Below are positions 19,057-28,989 of a DNA stretch of 64,000 bases, piece by piece. Origin of the DNA: a virus (lineage: Duplodnaviria > Caudoviricetes). Numbering within the stretch: position 1 is the first letter of the stretch; every line of letters starts with the position of its first letter. Under the pieces are notes generated by a model that saw nothing but the letters and a program-made list of their open reading frames with translations, ran no database searches and was not told the origin of the DNA. Both the position numbers and the translations under genes were made by a program. The stretch spans positions 67,748-131,747 of the IMG/VR virus record IMGVR_UViG_3300031994_000032; one strand, 5' to 3'.

Positions 19057-21489
19057 CTATACTAATATTTTAATTACATTTTCTGTTAAAAGATAACCTC
19101 TTGGACTTGTAAAATCTTTAATTTTATAATCTGACTGTACTGTCACAAGAGCTATTGTACAATCAACAAAATTAGTATTTGATACTGCTTTATACTCTTC
19201 AAGATCTTTATCAACTTTACTAGTACGCATCATGTCCGCCCATTCACCATCACCAACTAAAATGTTAATCATTACAATAGGTGAATTCGCAGAGCTTGAA
19301 TTTACTTTTTTATCTTTCAATTCAAGTATGTCATTTGTAGATTGTCTTACACATGGTCCTAATAATTCAGTATTCAAAATCATTGATGCTATACCTGCTT
19401 TCTCAAGAGATGCATTAGTTTTAAACTCTGGAATATCTTCAAGTTTTAATGGATATACTTTATTTGTACCGCCAAATGCATAACTTCTGTACGTCTTAAT
19501 ATTTAATACTTGTAATATAGGCATTAATGCTCCAATTATTGCCATATACTGATCTTGATTACCAAAAATAGATCCTGAAAAGTCAACATAAATATTCGCT
19601 GTACAAGTTGCAAGTGTATTCTGTGAAGAATACTTCCTTGACGGTAAAATATACTTATCAGCATTATAAATTAAAGACTTTCTTGGAAAAATAACTTTTG
19701 TCTTATACAATGACTGCCGTCTGTTAACAGTTTGGTAAGTTATTATTTTCTTTAATCTATTCTGTATTCTTTCAGTTGATACTTTACTCTTTAGTGATAC
19801 TGAATTTGCAAAGTTTGTATCTTGAGGTTCTTCTCTATTATCAAGCTCATTCAAATCATCAATATCGACATTAAGAACTTCAGATTTAGACAATAATTCT
19901 TTTAAACTGTCAGGTATATCTTTTCCGACAGCCTTTAAAATATCATCCTCAGATTCGATTGTTACTTTATTGAATATTGAATCAGTCATTTCAGGATCTT
20001 CATCTTCACCTGCTTCACCAATGCCTCCACTACCACCTGAACCATCTAATTCGCCATCATTAGATTCTTCATCTTTATCGCCTTCACCATTCTCAGAAGA
20101 TTCTCCACTTCCAGTTTCAGATGATTCTTCACCTTCATTACCTTCACCTGAACCTGAACCTGTTGAATTTCCTTCAGATGATTCTTCACCTTCTTCAGAA
20201 TCTTTCCCACTTGACCCACCTGAACTACCACCTTCACCATCCTCAGAAGATTCTTCTCCTTCAGAACTTTCTGTATCTCCTTCTCCTGATTCTACATCAC
20301 CTGATTCACCATCTTTTTCACTCTCACCAGATTCTCCATCTTTACTCTTATCAGATTCTCCATCTTTACCGTCTTTACCAGATTTCCCATCTTTACTATC
20401 TTCTTCACCTCCACTAAAATCCTTGTCATCTAGTTCTGTACTAGGATCTGTTCCTGGCATGCCATCTCCATCTTCATCTCCCTCGGAACCAGAGCTTTCT
20501 TTACCATCTTTTGATTTAGATTTAGATTTTTTACCGCCTTCTTCTCCTTCTTCTTCTCCTTCTTCTTCTCCTCCTTCTTCACCTTCTTCTCCTTTATCTT
20601 TATCTTCAGGTTCGGCTGAATCATCATCTGAATCGCCTGAATCACCGCCATCATCACCATCGTCAGATTCTTCATCGTCATTCCAATCATCAATAGATTT
20701 TAATACATCTTTTATGGCACTTACTTCTTTATCAGCTTTAACATCATCTTCTTCAGATTCATTTATAAACTGATAAAATGTCAATAAAGATTCTTCAACA
20801 GCTCCTGCTCCGTATATTCTTTTAATTTCATCTGTTAAAAGTTTTTTAGCTTTTTTCTTACGTTCTTCAAGTGTTATGGATTTATCCTTTTTAATAGCTT
20901 CTATCATCTTCTGATACCTTTTGACAATCTTCTCATACTCCATTCTCATAATACGGTCTTGAAATTCAGATTTTGCAATTGCTTCAAAGGGTTTAGAAGA
21001 ATATTTTTCTAAGTCTACATAACCATGCAGGTTATCTCGAAGATTTTTCTCAGATGTATATTTTGAATTAACTATTGCATTATTAACTTCATAATCAGCT
21101 GCAATATTAAATATTCTATGCGTTTTTTGATTCTTGTTTATATTAAGGACTTTATACATTGGATCTTCACGTTTTATGTGAGCAAATAAAACATGAAGCA
21201 TTTCATGAAATAACACTATTGCAACATTTGAATCTTTTTTTAATTCTCTTATTGTAAATGCAGGATTCATATATACAGCTTTACGCTCTCCTACACACAT
21301 TGTAGGTATCTCATAAGTAAATATGAACTTAAATCCTGAAATAAGTCGAGTGAATTTATCAAGCTTATACTGTAATATATTTAAAGCAGCTTCAACAAGT
21401 GAAGCTGCCTTTTCAATTTCTTCTTTTCTACTAGGTATTCTTTCTACAAGAAACTCTACATTAGAATTATCCTTTGTAAGTGTTATCAT
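19057..21489 (-). CDS. DUF2201-like metallopeptidase + acidic linker + vWA domain
   Basis: HEMLH, NIAADYEVN, long D/E/G/S tract, MIDAS-like YVDFSGS and VGDGE. Confidence 0.85.
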   Translation of the reverse strand: MITLTKDNSNVEFLVERIPSRKEEIEKAASLVEAALNILQYKLDKFTRLISGFKFIFTYEIPTMCVGERKAVYMNPAFTIRELKKDSNVAIVLFHEMLHVLFAHIKREDPMYKVLNINKNQKTHRIFNIAADYEVNNAIVNSKYTSEKNLRDNLHGYVDLEKYSSKPFEAIAKSEFQDRIMRMEYEKIVKRYQKMIEAIKKDKSITLEERKKKAKKLLTDEIKRIYGAGAVEESLLTFYQFINESEEDDVKADKEVSAIKDVLKSIDDWNDDEESDDGDDGGDSGDSDDDSAEPEDKDKGEEGEEGGEEEGEEEGEEGGKKSKSKSKDGKESSGSEGDEDGDGMPGTDPSTELDDKDFSGGEEDSKDGKSGKDGKDGESDKSKDGESGESEKDGESGDVESGEGDTESSEGEESSEDGEGGSSGGSSGKDSEEGEESSEGNSTGSGSGEGNEGEESSETGSGESSENGEGDKDEESNDGELDGSGGSGGIGEAGEDEDPEMTDSIFNKVTIESEDDILKAVGKDIPDSLKELLSKSEVLNVDIDDLNELDNREEPQDTNFANSVSLKSKVSTERIQNRLKKIITYQTVNRRQSLYKTKVIFPRKSLIYNADKYILPSRKYSSQNTLATCTANIYVDFSGSIFGNQDQYMAIIGALMPILQVLNIKTYRSYAFGGTNKVYPLKLEDIPEFKTNASLEKAGIASMILNTELLGPCVRQSTNDILELKDKKVNSSSANSPIVMINILVGDGEWADMMRTSKVDKDLEEYKAVSNTNFVDCTIALVTVQSDYKIKDFTSPRGYLLTENVIKILV

Positions 21490-21509
21490 GGTTGTAACTA
21501 TCTATAATA

Positions 21510-24083
21510 TTATTCAATATCTTCAAAACGTTTAAACAAAACATTTTTCATTGCAGGAACGTAAGGACATTTTGATATTGACTCTTTACTATTAACATCA
21601 TAACCAAAATAATTCAATATACTGAATACTCCTGAAACTACTGAACCACCAGGTTCATTTTCTGGTAAATTAGAAACCAAGAATCTACACATATTTTCAA
21701 ATTCCTTAGCAGGCATTTGTTTTTCTTTAGTATATCTTGATTTAATATTATTTTGAAGAATTTCAAGTATTTGAGGAGTTGAAGGTAATTTAAGACCATC
21801 AATTTTCTCATTTAATTCACCTGAAAATACATTCACTGCATTAAATATTTGCTTAGAATTTGAAACACCTGCATTTGCTTTATAGTAATCTATAAAATCT
21901 TGTGCCATTTCTGAACCTACTGCACCGGCAAGCTTTCTTAATAATGTTGCTTCAGGAATTTCAACATAACTTGAATAACCTTTTTGTTTACAGTAATCAT
22001 TCAAGTGAATAATTGCATTAGACCAAGAACGAGGTGATGGGAATGCAGCCTCAGCTCTTTTATCCAAAAATGCAGTTCTTGCTTCTTTATCAAAGTTGAA
22101 CCAGTTCGTATACTCGCCATCAGCATTTGTTTCTGCTGACAAGAAATTTAATGTTGTTTCATCAAATCCATGTTTTCTAGCCCAAGTTGTCCATTCAGCA
22201 AATGAAGGAATAAACTGTATTTGACAACGGAAGCGGTTCATCAAAGCACCTGGAGCATTTGACCATTTTTCTTCAACAGCTGCATCGTCCAAAGGTCTAT
22301 TAGTACAAGCCATCAAAGACCATTTACTACCTAATACTGAAGAACCAAATCTTCTTTCACTTAACAATGTCAAAAGTTTATTGAAAATATCAGGATCAGC
22401 TCTAAACAACTCATCAAGCATTATCAAACCACCATCACCTGTATGTTCAAAGTGATTCAAAGTACCGTCTTCGTTGTAAATAGGCATTGTTGAACCATTT
22501 GCGATGTCGTCAAGGATTTTATCAACTTTTGGATCACCTGTTGGTTCATATACTGGAAGAGCTCCGTTTTTAAGTGCATCTGCACATTTACGGATTTTAA
22601 TATCAAGATATTTTCTATCAATATCTTTTGTATCAATACCTGCAGTATTCATATACTCTTCAACAGTTCTTGTATCAGGAAGAGGTATTGATAATGAATC
22701 AGAAGCCAATTGAGAGCAGTCAACAATCATCAATGCCTTCATTTTCTTCGTATCACCCTTTGCTGTTTTATTATATTCTTCAACAACTGATCTAGGTATT
22801 GAAGATTTACCAATACCAGGTGCACCCCAGACAAGAATAGGCTTAGCTGATTCTTTACCAGGATTTCTGAGTTGCCAATCAACTTCGTCAATTAATACAT
22901 CAGTTCCACCTTCTTGATATTTTTCACGAAAACCACCTGATGCAGCAGAATAACCTCCAACTCCTCTTGCTTCTGTTAATGCAAGCATTGCAGCAAGGTT
23001 TGTCTTTTCATTATCTGAAGCATAAGTTTCAAATACACCTGACTTATTAACTTTAATTCCAGAAGAACCTGCGATAGGATCATTTGTATCTGCTTGTACG
23101 GCTCCACCTTTACCAAAATTTTTAGCTATTGTAACAGGAGATACGGCACCGTAAGAATTACCTTCACTATCAAATATTGCAAATACGTTATTAGTTATAA
23201 ACATTGCAGTCTTTTTGAAAAACTCCAATATTTTTTTACCAATATTTTTTAATGTATCAACAACACCTTCATTTATAGGTTCATGATGACGTGATCTGTT
23301 TCTGTAATATTCTCTATTTGATTCCATTCTTGAACTTTTATTTTGGCTTTCTTTCAAGAACTGCGAAAATGGCTTCAATTGAAGACTGTCATCAAAATTA
23401 ATATCCATATCTTTTAATGATTGCTCAATATCTTGTTTATAAACATCTTGCATATCAATTTTAGGCATTAATGTTTTATTTGCATATATTGCCTTATTGT
23501 ATACCCATTCTTTAATTATCTGCTCTTGTTTGAATGAAGAATACTTAAACATATTCTTAAATGACTTACAAGCGCTTACATCCCAGTTTTTAATAGAATC
23601 ATTATTAAAATCTGCTTTATAAAAACAACCATTCATACTAGTTGCTTTTGACGTATTAATACCGCTCAAATCAGCATTAGGAATTGTTAAATATGCAAAC
23701 ATTGCATCAAAAATAGTGACATCAGAAAAATCAAGCAGTTCCGTGAATACTTTAAATTTAGATGTTCTATTTTTAAATTTCTTCACAGCTTGATCATAGA
23801 GTACATCAACGTAAATGATAGCCTTATCATTTGTCATTTTTATCTTCTGATGAGATTTTATGGCAGACACGATTTCAGTAGAAACTTCATTTTTCTCCTG
23901 TTTAGCTTTTTCTTGTTTCACATCATCGTCTATACCGTCATCGTCATCATCGTCTAAATCAGAAAATGCAGATTCATTCATTCCATATCTTGAAATGAAT
24001 TCATCATGTAAAGCTTTTCTATACGCTTCACCACTATATCTTTCTATTTTTTCGTCAAATAAAATCGAGAAATCCATAATCAT
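21510..24083 (-). CDS. MoxR-like AAA+ ATPase with N-terminal DUF285/BspA-like repeats
   Basis: WGAPGIGKS, MLDELFR, ACTNR, ALMNRF, PSPRSW; N-terminal 'NWDVS...KNMF'. Confidence 0.88.
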   Translation of the reverse strand: MIMDFSILFDEKIERYSGEAYRKALHDEFISRYGMNESAFSDLDDDDDDGIDDDVKQEKAKQEKNEVSTEIVSAIKSHQKIKMTNDKAIIYVDVLYDQAVKKFKNRTSKFKVFTELLDFSDVTIFDAMFAYLTIPNADLSGINTSKATSMNGCFYKADFNNDSIKNWDVSACKSFKNMFKYSSFKQEQIIKEWVYNKAIYANKTLMPKIDMQDVYKQDIEQSLKDMDINFDDSLQLKPFSQFLKESQNKSSRMESNREYYRNRSRHHEPINEGVVDTLKNIGKKILEFFKKTAMFITNNVFAIFDSEGNSYGAVSPVTIAKNFGKGGAVQADTNDPIAGSSGIKVNKSGVFETYASDNEKTNLAAMLALTEARGVGGYSAASGGFREKYQEGGTDVLIDEVDWQLRNPGKESAKPILVWGAPGIGKSSIPRSVVEEYNKTAKGDTKKMKALMIVDCSQLASDSLSIPLPDTRTVEEYMNTAGIDTKDIDRKYLDIKIRKCADALKNGALPVYEPTGDPKVDKILDDIANGSTMPIYNEDGTLNHFEHTGDGGLIMLDELFRADPDIFNKLLTLLSERRFGSSVLGSKWSLMACTNRPLDDAAVEEKWSNAPGALMNRFRCQIQFIPSFAEWTTWARKHGFDETTLNFLSAETNADGEYTNWFNFDKEARTAFLDKRAEAAFPSPRSWSNAIIHLNDYCKQKGYSSYVEIPEATLLRKLAGAVGSEMAQDFIDYYKANAGVSNSKQIFNAVNVFSGELNEKIDGLKLPSTPQILEILQNNIKSRYTKEKQMPAKEFENMCRFLVSNLPENEPGGSVVSGVFSILNYFGYDVNSKESISKCPYVPAMKNVLFKRFEDIE

Positions 24084-26056
24084 TATACATTAAATTTGAA
24101 ATAATCAATCATTTGTTCTTCAGCTAAATCTTCTGCACTCTTTACAGTATGTGCAAACATCTGAGCGTTCAATGTGTTTTTCCACATGAAATCCTTGTCA
24201 GGATATTTTCTCATACTTGTACCAACGGCGTCAAGCATACTATAATTAACTTTACAAGTATATACAGTATCACCTGACTTGTCTCTTGTCATCTTATTTT
24301 CATTAAGAGCTTTTTCAACATAAGTACAGACTTCTTTCCATCTCCCTCTTGGAACTACTGTTTGTTCATCAGGAACAGATGTATCATCCATTTGAGCTTG
24401 ATAAGTATCTTTTATCTTTTTCCATAAAACTTTTGGAGCTGGATATAGATTTATAAAGTTAGCTCTTCTTCGAATAGAGTCCCATTGCTTATCACCGGAT
24501 GCTGCTTTAACTTCATCTTCCAAGTTATTTTGAGAACTATTGGTAATGATAATTACAAGACCGTGGAATGCCAATTTATCCGGTAATCTTTCAACAATAT
24601 TATCGGCAATCTTCTCTCTTTGGACATTCATTTGTTTTTTCAAATCATCAATACCCTTTGCCATATTTTCAGCATCAAGCAATCTACCAGCATCTTGGTA
24701 TTCTTTTAGTTTCTTTTCGTAATCAGACATTTTCTTTTTCAATGCCTGCCATCTGGAATTAACTTTCAATTCATCATCTATATTACCAACTTCTCGATAA
24801 TAATTTAGACGTCTGTTACTTGATGTATGATATGATCTTACACCTGTTGGAGCATCAACTGTAGAATCAGAAGTATCCATCATGTGCTGCCAGAATGCAA
24901 CTTTATTTGCTGAGTTGAATATGTTAGACATATCATCCATTATAATCAACTTATCAGGATATTGTGCAACCATCTTATACAAGTTTGCAACAGTAAGACC
25001 TTTTGTACCAAGCTTTACATAGTCGGTACCTTCACGCATACCTTTCTCAACAAGAATTTTCTGCATGGTCCAAGTTTTACCGATACCAGCATCACCGGAA
25101 ATAATCATCAATCTCTTGAATTGCTTTCTTGTTACATCGTCCATAGTACCTTTTACGTACTCACACATTTGTTCAGTAATCAATGCAATTGTTTCAAGAG
25201 ATTCATCATATTTTTTAATCTGATTTTCATAAGCTTCTTTAAACTTATCTTCCATTTTAATTGGTGCTATATCAACAGATACATCTTCAGTAACTGTCAA
25301 GCCTTCAGTAGTTGAAAGAGCCATTGCTGCAGGAGCTGTAGTTCCAGGCACTGGATTAGAAGCACCACCTGACGGAACTAATGCCGTATTCTGCATCATT
25401 TTTGACAAATCATACCACATTGCATCAGCAGGTTTTTTATTAGTGCTGTACAATTTTGCAAGGTTCGGATCTGTTCTGATAATCTGTGTACAAAATGCCT
25501 GAAGATTAGGTTCTTTCTTAGCTCTATCCAATATATCAGGAGCAATTTGTAATAATGTTGTCATTCTTGGAGACATCTTAGCTTCAGATATTGTTCTTGA
25601 TTCATTAACCATTACATTTTCTATAGCATCAAAAAATGCCGTCAAACCAAGCTTGTTAGTTTCAAATTTATAGTCAGCGACATTCTTACCAAATGATGTT
25701 ATACTTTTCTTAAATATATAAGCCCTAAAGTTTTGATTATTGTAGTCAAAGAATATAATTTTATCTTTTGACTCTATAACGGCATACTTTATTCCGTCAA
25801 CCAAAATAAATCTAGGAAATACAACAATACCTTTAATTTTATTAAATATTATTGATACTGCCTTAGATACAATTTTATTTGATGAAACAAGATCTTTCGT
25901 TATAAGATTACTATTGATCATAGCTTTAAATTCTTTAACGTCACTTGGATCACCTGATTGAACTTCAGTACTTATATCATCTAATACCTCTGTGCCTGCT
26001 TCATTAGACTCATTAACTAATTTAGCTTCATTTAAAAATTGCTTAAAAATACTCAT
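24083..26056 (-). CDS. P-loop/AAA-type ATPase
   Basis: ISGDAGIGKT, IIMDD, IIITN, SIRRR. Confidence 0.8.
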   Translation of the reverse strand: MSIFKQFLNEAKLVNESNEAGTEVLDDISTEVQSGDPSDVKEFKAMINSNLITKDLVSSNKIVSKAVSIIFNKIKGIVVFPRFILVDGIKYAVIESKDKIIFFDYNNQNFRAYIFKKSITSFGKNVADYKFETNKLGLTAFFDAIENVMVNESRTISEAKMSPRMTTLLQIAPDILDRAKKEPNLQAFCTQIIRTDPNLAKLYSTNKKPADAMWYDLSKMMQNTALVPSGGASNPVPGTTAPAAMALSTTEGLTVTEDVSVDIAPIKMEDKFKEAYENQIKKYDESLETIALITEQMCEYVKGTMDDVTRKQFKRLMIISGDAGIGKTWTMQKILVEKGMREGTDYVKLGTKGLTVANLYKMVAQYPDKLIIMDDMSNIFNSANKVAFWQHMMDTSDSTVDAPTGVRSYHTSSNRRLNYYREVGNIDDELKVNSRWQALKKKMSDYEKKLKEYQDAGRLLDAENMAKGIDDLKKQMNVQREKIADNIVERLPDKLAFHGLVIIITNSSQNNLEDEVKAASGDKQWDSIRRRANFINLYPAPKVLWKKIKDTYQAQMDDTSVPDEQTVVPRGRWKEVCTYVEKALNENKMTRDKSGDTVYTCKVNYSMLDAVGTSMRKYPDKDFMWKNTLNAQMFAHTVKSAEDLAEEQMIDYFKFNV

Positions 26057-26085
26057 GACTTTCGTTTTATATAAATTATTTATGA

Positions 26086-26586
26086 TTAAATAAATTTAGG
26101 CTTAAAATTACTATTCATTTCACAACCTAAATCAAACATATCGTAAGATTTAACATTTCTTACATTCCATTTTGAAATATCTTGATTGAAAGAATTAGCA
26201 TTTTCAAACATACTTTCCATACTAACAACCTTACTGACATCCCAATTAGATATGTCACAATTGAATTTCCGACATCCATAAAACATATTATTCATATTAG
26301 TGACATTACCGGTATTCCACTTAGAAATGTCACCATTGAACTTATATGGATTTTTTAATGGATTTTTAAACAAAACATTAAATACATTAGACATATCATC
26401 AATTTCAGATGTATCAATGTCATTAAAATCTCCTTCATTTCCTCTTTCATCAATAAGTTTATCAAGAAGATATGATAATTCGATATTATTTTTTGGATGA
26501 TACATTCCATCAGAACCAAGCTGTAAATACTCAGGTTCCTTTCTTGCCTCATTTATGACTTGTCTGAATGTCCTTAAATTTTCCAT
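26086..26586 (-). CDS. DUF285/BspA-like repeat protein with CTS-like tag
   Basis: FNGDISKWNTGNVTNMNNMF-type repeats x3; N-terminal MENLRTFRQVINE. Confidence 0.9.
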   Translation of the reverse strand: MENLRTFRQVINEARKEPEYLQLGSDGMYHPKNNIELSYLLDKLIDERGNEGDFNDIDTSEIDDMSNVFNVLFKNPLKNPYKFNGDISKWNTGNVTNMNNMFYGCRKFNCDISNWDVSKVVSMESMFENANSFNQDISKWNVRNVKSYDMFDLGCEMNSNFKPKFI

Positions 26587-26587
26587 A

Positions 26588-27703
26588 TTATTTCTTACCT
26601 CCTATATATGCGCCAAGAGCTGTCAGGAATGCACGTGACGTAAGCATATCTTTAAACACACCTTTTTGTACACCAAGAGCATTTGCAATACATTCTCCAA
26701 GTTTTGGACCGATTGTAAAACCAAGTACACCACCTGCAACTGCTCCAAGAACACCTTCTTGAATAAGTATTGATTCATTCACATATACAGTATCTTTAAA
26801 CTCAATCTGCATTTTCATCACAGATCCGTCAAAGTTAATTTCTATTTGTGAAATGTCATATCTTTCAGAAAGTTTCTGTCTTACTGCATCTTCAACTGAT
26901 TGAGGATCAAACTGACTATTAAATCTATATTCGAGATTTAAAGTATAATCATAATCTGACAAAAATCCTGGTTCACCAGCAACATCTGCTACACCTAAAG
27001 TTTGAATAGCGTCTACAATATCTTTATGAATCAATTTAGGAATCACTGACTTATGTTCTGTCATGATTAAAGAACTGTCATAATACACAGTAACTTCAAC
27101 TTGGCTAAATGTATCATCATACAAGAAAATTACTTTAGAAATTCTTGAATCTTTACTTGTTAAATCCTCTAATTCTTGTTTAAGCGTTTTAATATCGTCT
27201 ATATTAGTAAGTACTGCAGATATATATTCGCTATAGTCAATGTCAATATCTTCAAACTCTACATCGCTTACTTTTTCACAATGTTTTTGGAATATTTGAA
27301 GGACTCTTGCTCTTGTCTCATTAGAAAGCGTATTTAGGTTTTCAGCTATTGTACGTTTCTTTCTTTTTCTTCTATTGTTAAATAATGCATCAGCTGATCC
27401 ATTTCTTTTTCCAGAAAAACCATTATCACCTCCTTCAGGAAATTGTATAGGACCTGCACAACCTCCACCGTTACAATTGGTTTCAGCACCTTCACTTTGA
27501 ACTTCTGATTTTACATCACCGTTTGAATCAAAGTATTTATCATATAGTGTGCTATAATTTTTAATTATTTCAAGATATTCATCTTTTGTAATTGGTACTT
27601 CTTGAAAATATACTTTTGTAACATTATCAAAGTCAAGCATATTAAATGCACCGTCTCTTTGAGCTGTAACATACGTTAAAAATTTCTGTCTTTCGTTTTC
27701 CAT
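26588..27703 (-). CDS. multi-domain putative virion protein (capsid-like peptide, C-terminal glycine zipper)
   Basis: 24-aa match to the capsid protein; C-terminal GVLGAVAGGVLG...; CATAAATA upstream. Confidence 0.7.
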   Translation of the reverse strand: MENERQKFLTYVTAQRDGAFNMLDFDNVTKVYFQEVPITKDEYLEIIKNYSTLYDKYFDSNGDVKSEVQSEGAETNCNGGGCAGPIQFPEGGDNGFSGKRNGSADALFNNRRKRKKRTIAENLNTLSNETRARVLQIFQKHCEKVSDVEFEDIDIDYSEYISAVLTNIDDIKTLKQELEDLTSKDSRISKVIFLYDDTFSQVEVTVYYDSSLIMTEHKSVIPKLIHKDIVDAIQTLGVADVAGEPGFLSDYDYTLNLEYRFNSQFDPQSVEDAVRQKLSERYDISQIEINFDGSVMKMQIEFKDTVYVNESILIQEGVLGAVAGGVLGFTIGPKLGECIANALGVQKGVFKDMLTSRAFLTALGAYIGGKK

Positions 27704-27758
27704 GTCAAACTAAAATTAAATAAGTTAGTAAACTAAGTATATTTATGTTTCTGTAAAA

Positions 27759-28967
27759 CTATTTTGAAATATACATTTTACCCGATGTCGTTTTTACAAC
27801 ACGTAAATTAGTGAGTTCTACATTTTGTTTACTCTTCTCTTGTTCTTTATGCATCTTATCCATTTCTATTGCTGAAAGGCTTAATGCCTCTTGTACAGAC
27901 TTATTATAATAATTTACATGATACTTAAATGTATACTGTTCTAATACAGGATGTTTTTGATAAATATCAGCACCGATAACAACAATTTCATTTATTTGGT
28001 ATTCATACTGATATTTTGCATAAAGCCTTTGTTTTTCATCTATCAAAGTGTAATCTTTACCAAGGCTTTCCATCACATCTTTCTTACAGCCTTCAAAACT
28101 TTCATTACACTTATTAAATCCATTCCGTAATTCATTAAGCTTGTCAGTTAAAGGCATTTTAAAATCTCCAAAACTTATAACTTCAGATAGATTAAGTGCC
28201 TTAATACGTTTTGGAATATCTTTAAATTCATTTATTCGTAAAGACTCTACTTTTCTTTGCAACTCTTTTAATAACTTGTCTATTTCAAGAATTTTTGAAC
28301 CTATCCGTATTAAGGCAATTGCTATCATTGCAAGTTTATTCAAAACATTGTCAACAGCAGAACCTATTACAACAGGAGTAGAACTTTGTGTAGTTGTATT
28401 TATAATTTCAACAATTAAGTCTTTAATTTCTTTATCAAGTCTTTCTATTAAGTCATCTATCTCATCACAAAGAACGTTTATGTAATTTGACCGAGACCCT
28501 GATGGACCTTTTATAACGTCAAACTTATAATCTGCTTTGACATTTTCGATAAACATATTAAAAACACCCTTATCGATATTAAATCGTTCTTTTATTTCAT
28601 TTATCTGTGAATTGAAATCGTCTTTGACAACTACAAGCTTATTTTGTATTCTTTCAATAGTACGTCCAGCAGCAACCATTTCAGCTCCAATATTTGAAAG
28701 ACTAAGACGATCTTTACAAGACATGTCTTTATTAATTTCTTTACGATTTTTATACTTCTCTTTCTCAGTTTCCATGAGGGACTGCAATTCCTGAAGTCTT
28801 CTTGTCCTTACATCAACCTCTTCTTTCATTTTTTCAGTAAGTTCGGCAATGGCTACTGCTGGACTTTCAGGTAATACAATATGGGTATTCTCAACAGCAT
28901 CTAATATATCAAGACACTGATTACCAATACATATAATATTCCTTACTGTTTTATTAAGAATTGCCAT
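27759..28967 (-). CDS. hypothetical coiled-coil protein
   Basis: 402 aa, helical, directly downstream of the portal. Confidence 0.7.
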   Translation of the reverse strand: MAILNKTVRNIICIGNQCLDILDAVENTHIVLPESPAVAIAELTEKMKEEVDVRTRRLQELQSLMETEKEKYKNRKEINKDMSCKDRLSLSNIGAEMVAAGRTIERIQNKLVVVKDDFNSQINEIKERFNIDKGVFNMFIENVKADYKFDVIKGPSGSRSNYINVLCDEIDDLIERLDKEIKDLIVEIINTTTQSSTPVVIGSAVDNVLNKLAMIAIALIRIGSKILEIDKLLKELQRKVESLRINEFKDIPKRIKALNLSEVISFGDFKMPLTDKLNELRNGFNKCNESFEGCKKDVMESLGKDYTLIDEKQRLYAKYQYEYQINEIVVIGADIYQKHPVLEQYTFKYHVNYYNKSVQEALSLSAIEMDKMHKEQEKSKQNVELTNLRVVKTTSGKMYISK

Positions 28968-28989
28968 TTTAATTTAGTTTACTAAATTA

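Noticed and set aside
19970-20773. 267-aa Ser/Pro-rich plus-strand ORF
   Set aside because: Antisense shadow of the Glu/Gly/Asp low-complexity linker; the same applies to most short opposite-strand ORFs in the track
10958-27457. Capsid-peptide duplication as a DGR template/variable repeat pair
   Set aside because: Differences are mostly synonymous and not adenine-specific; no reverse transcriptase in the window
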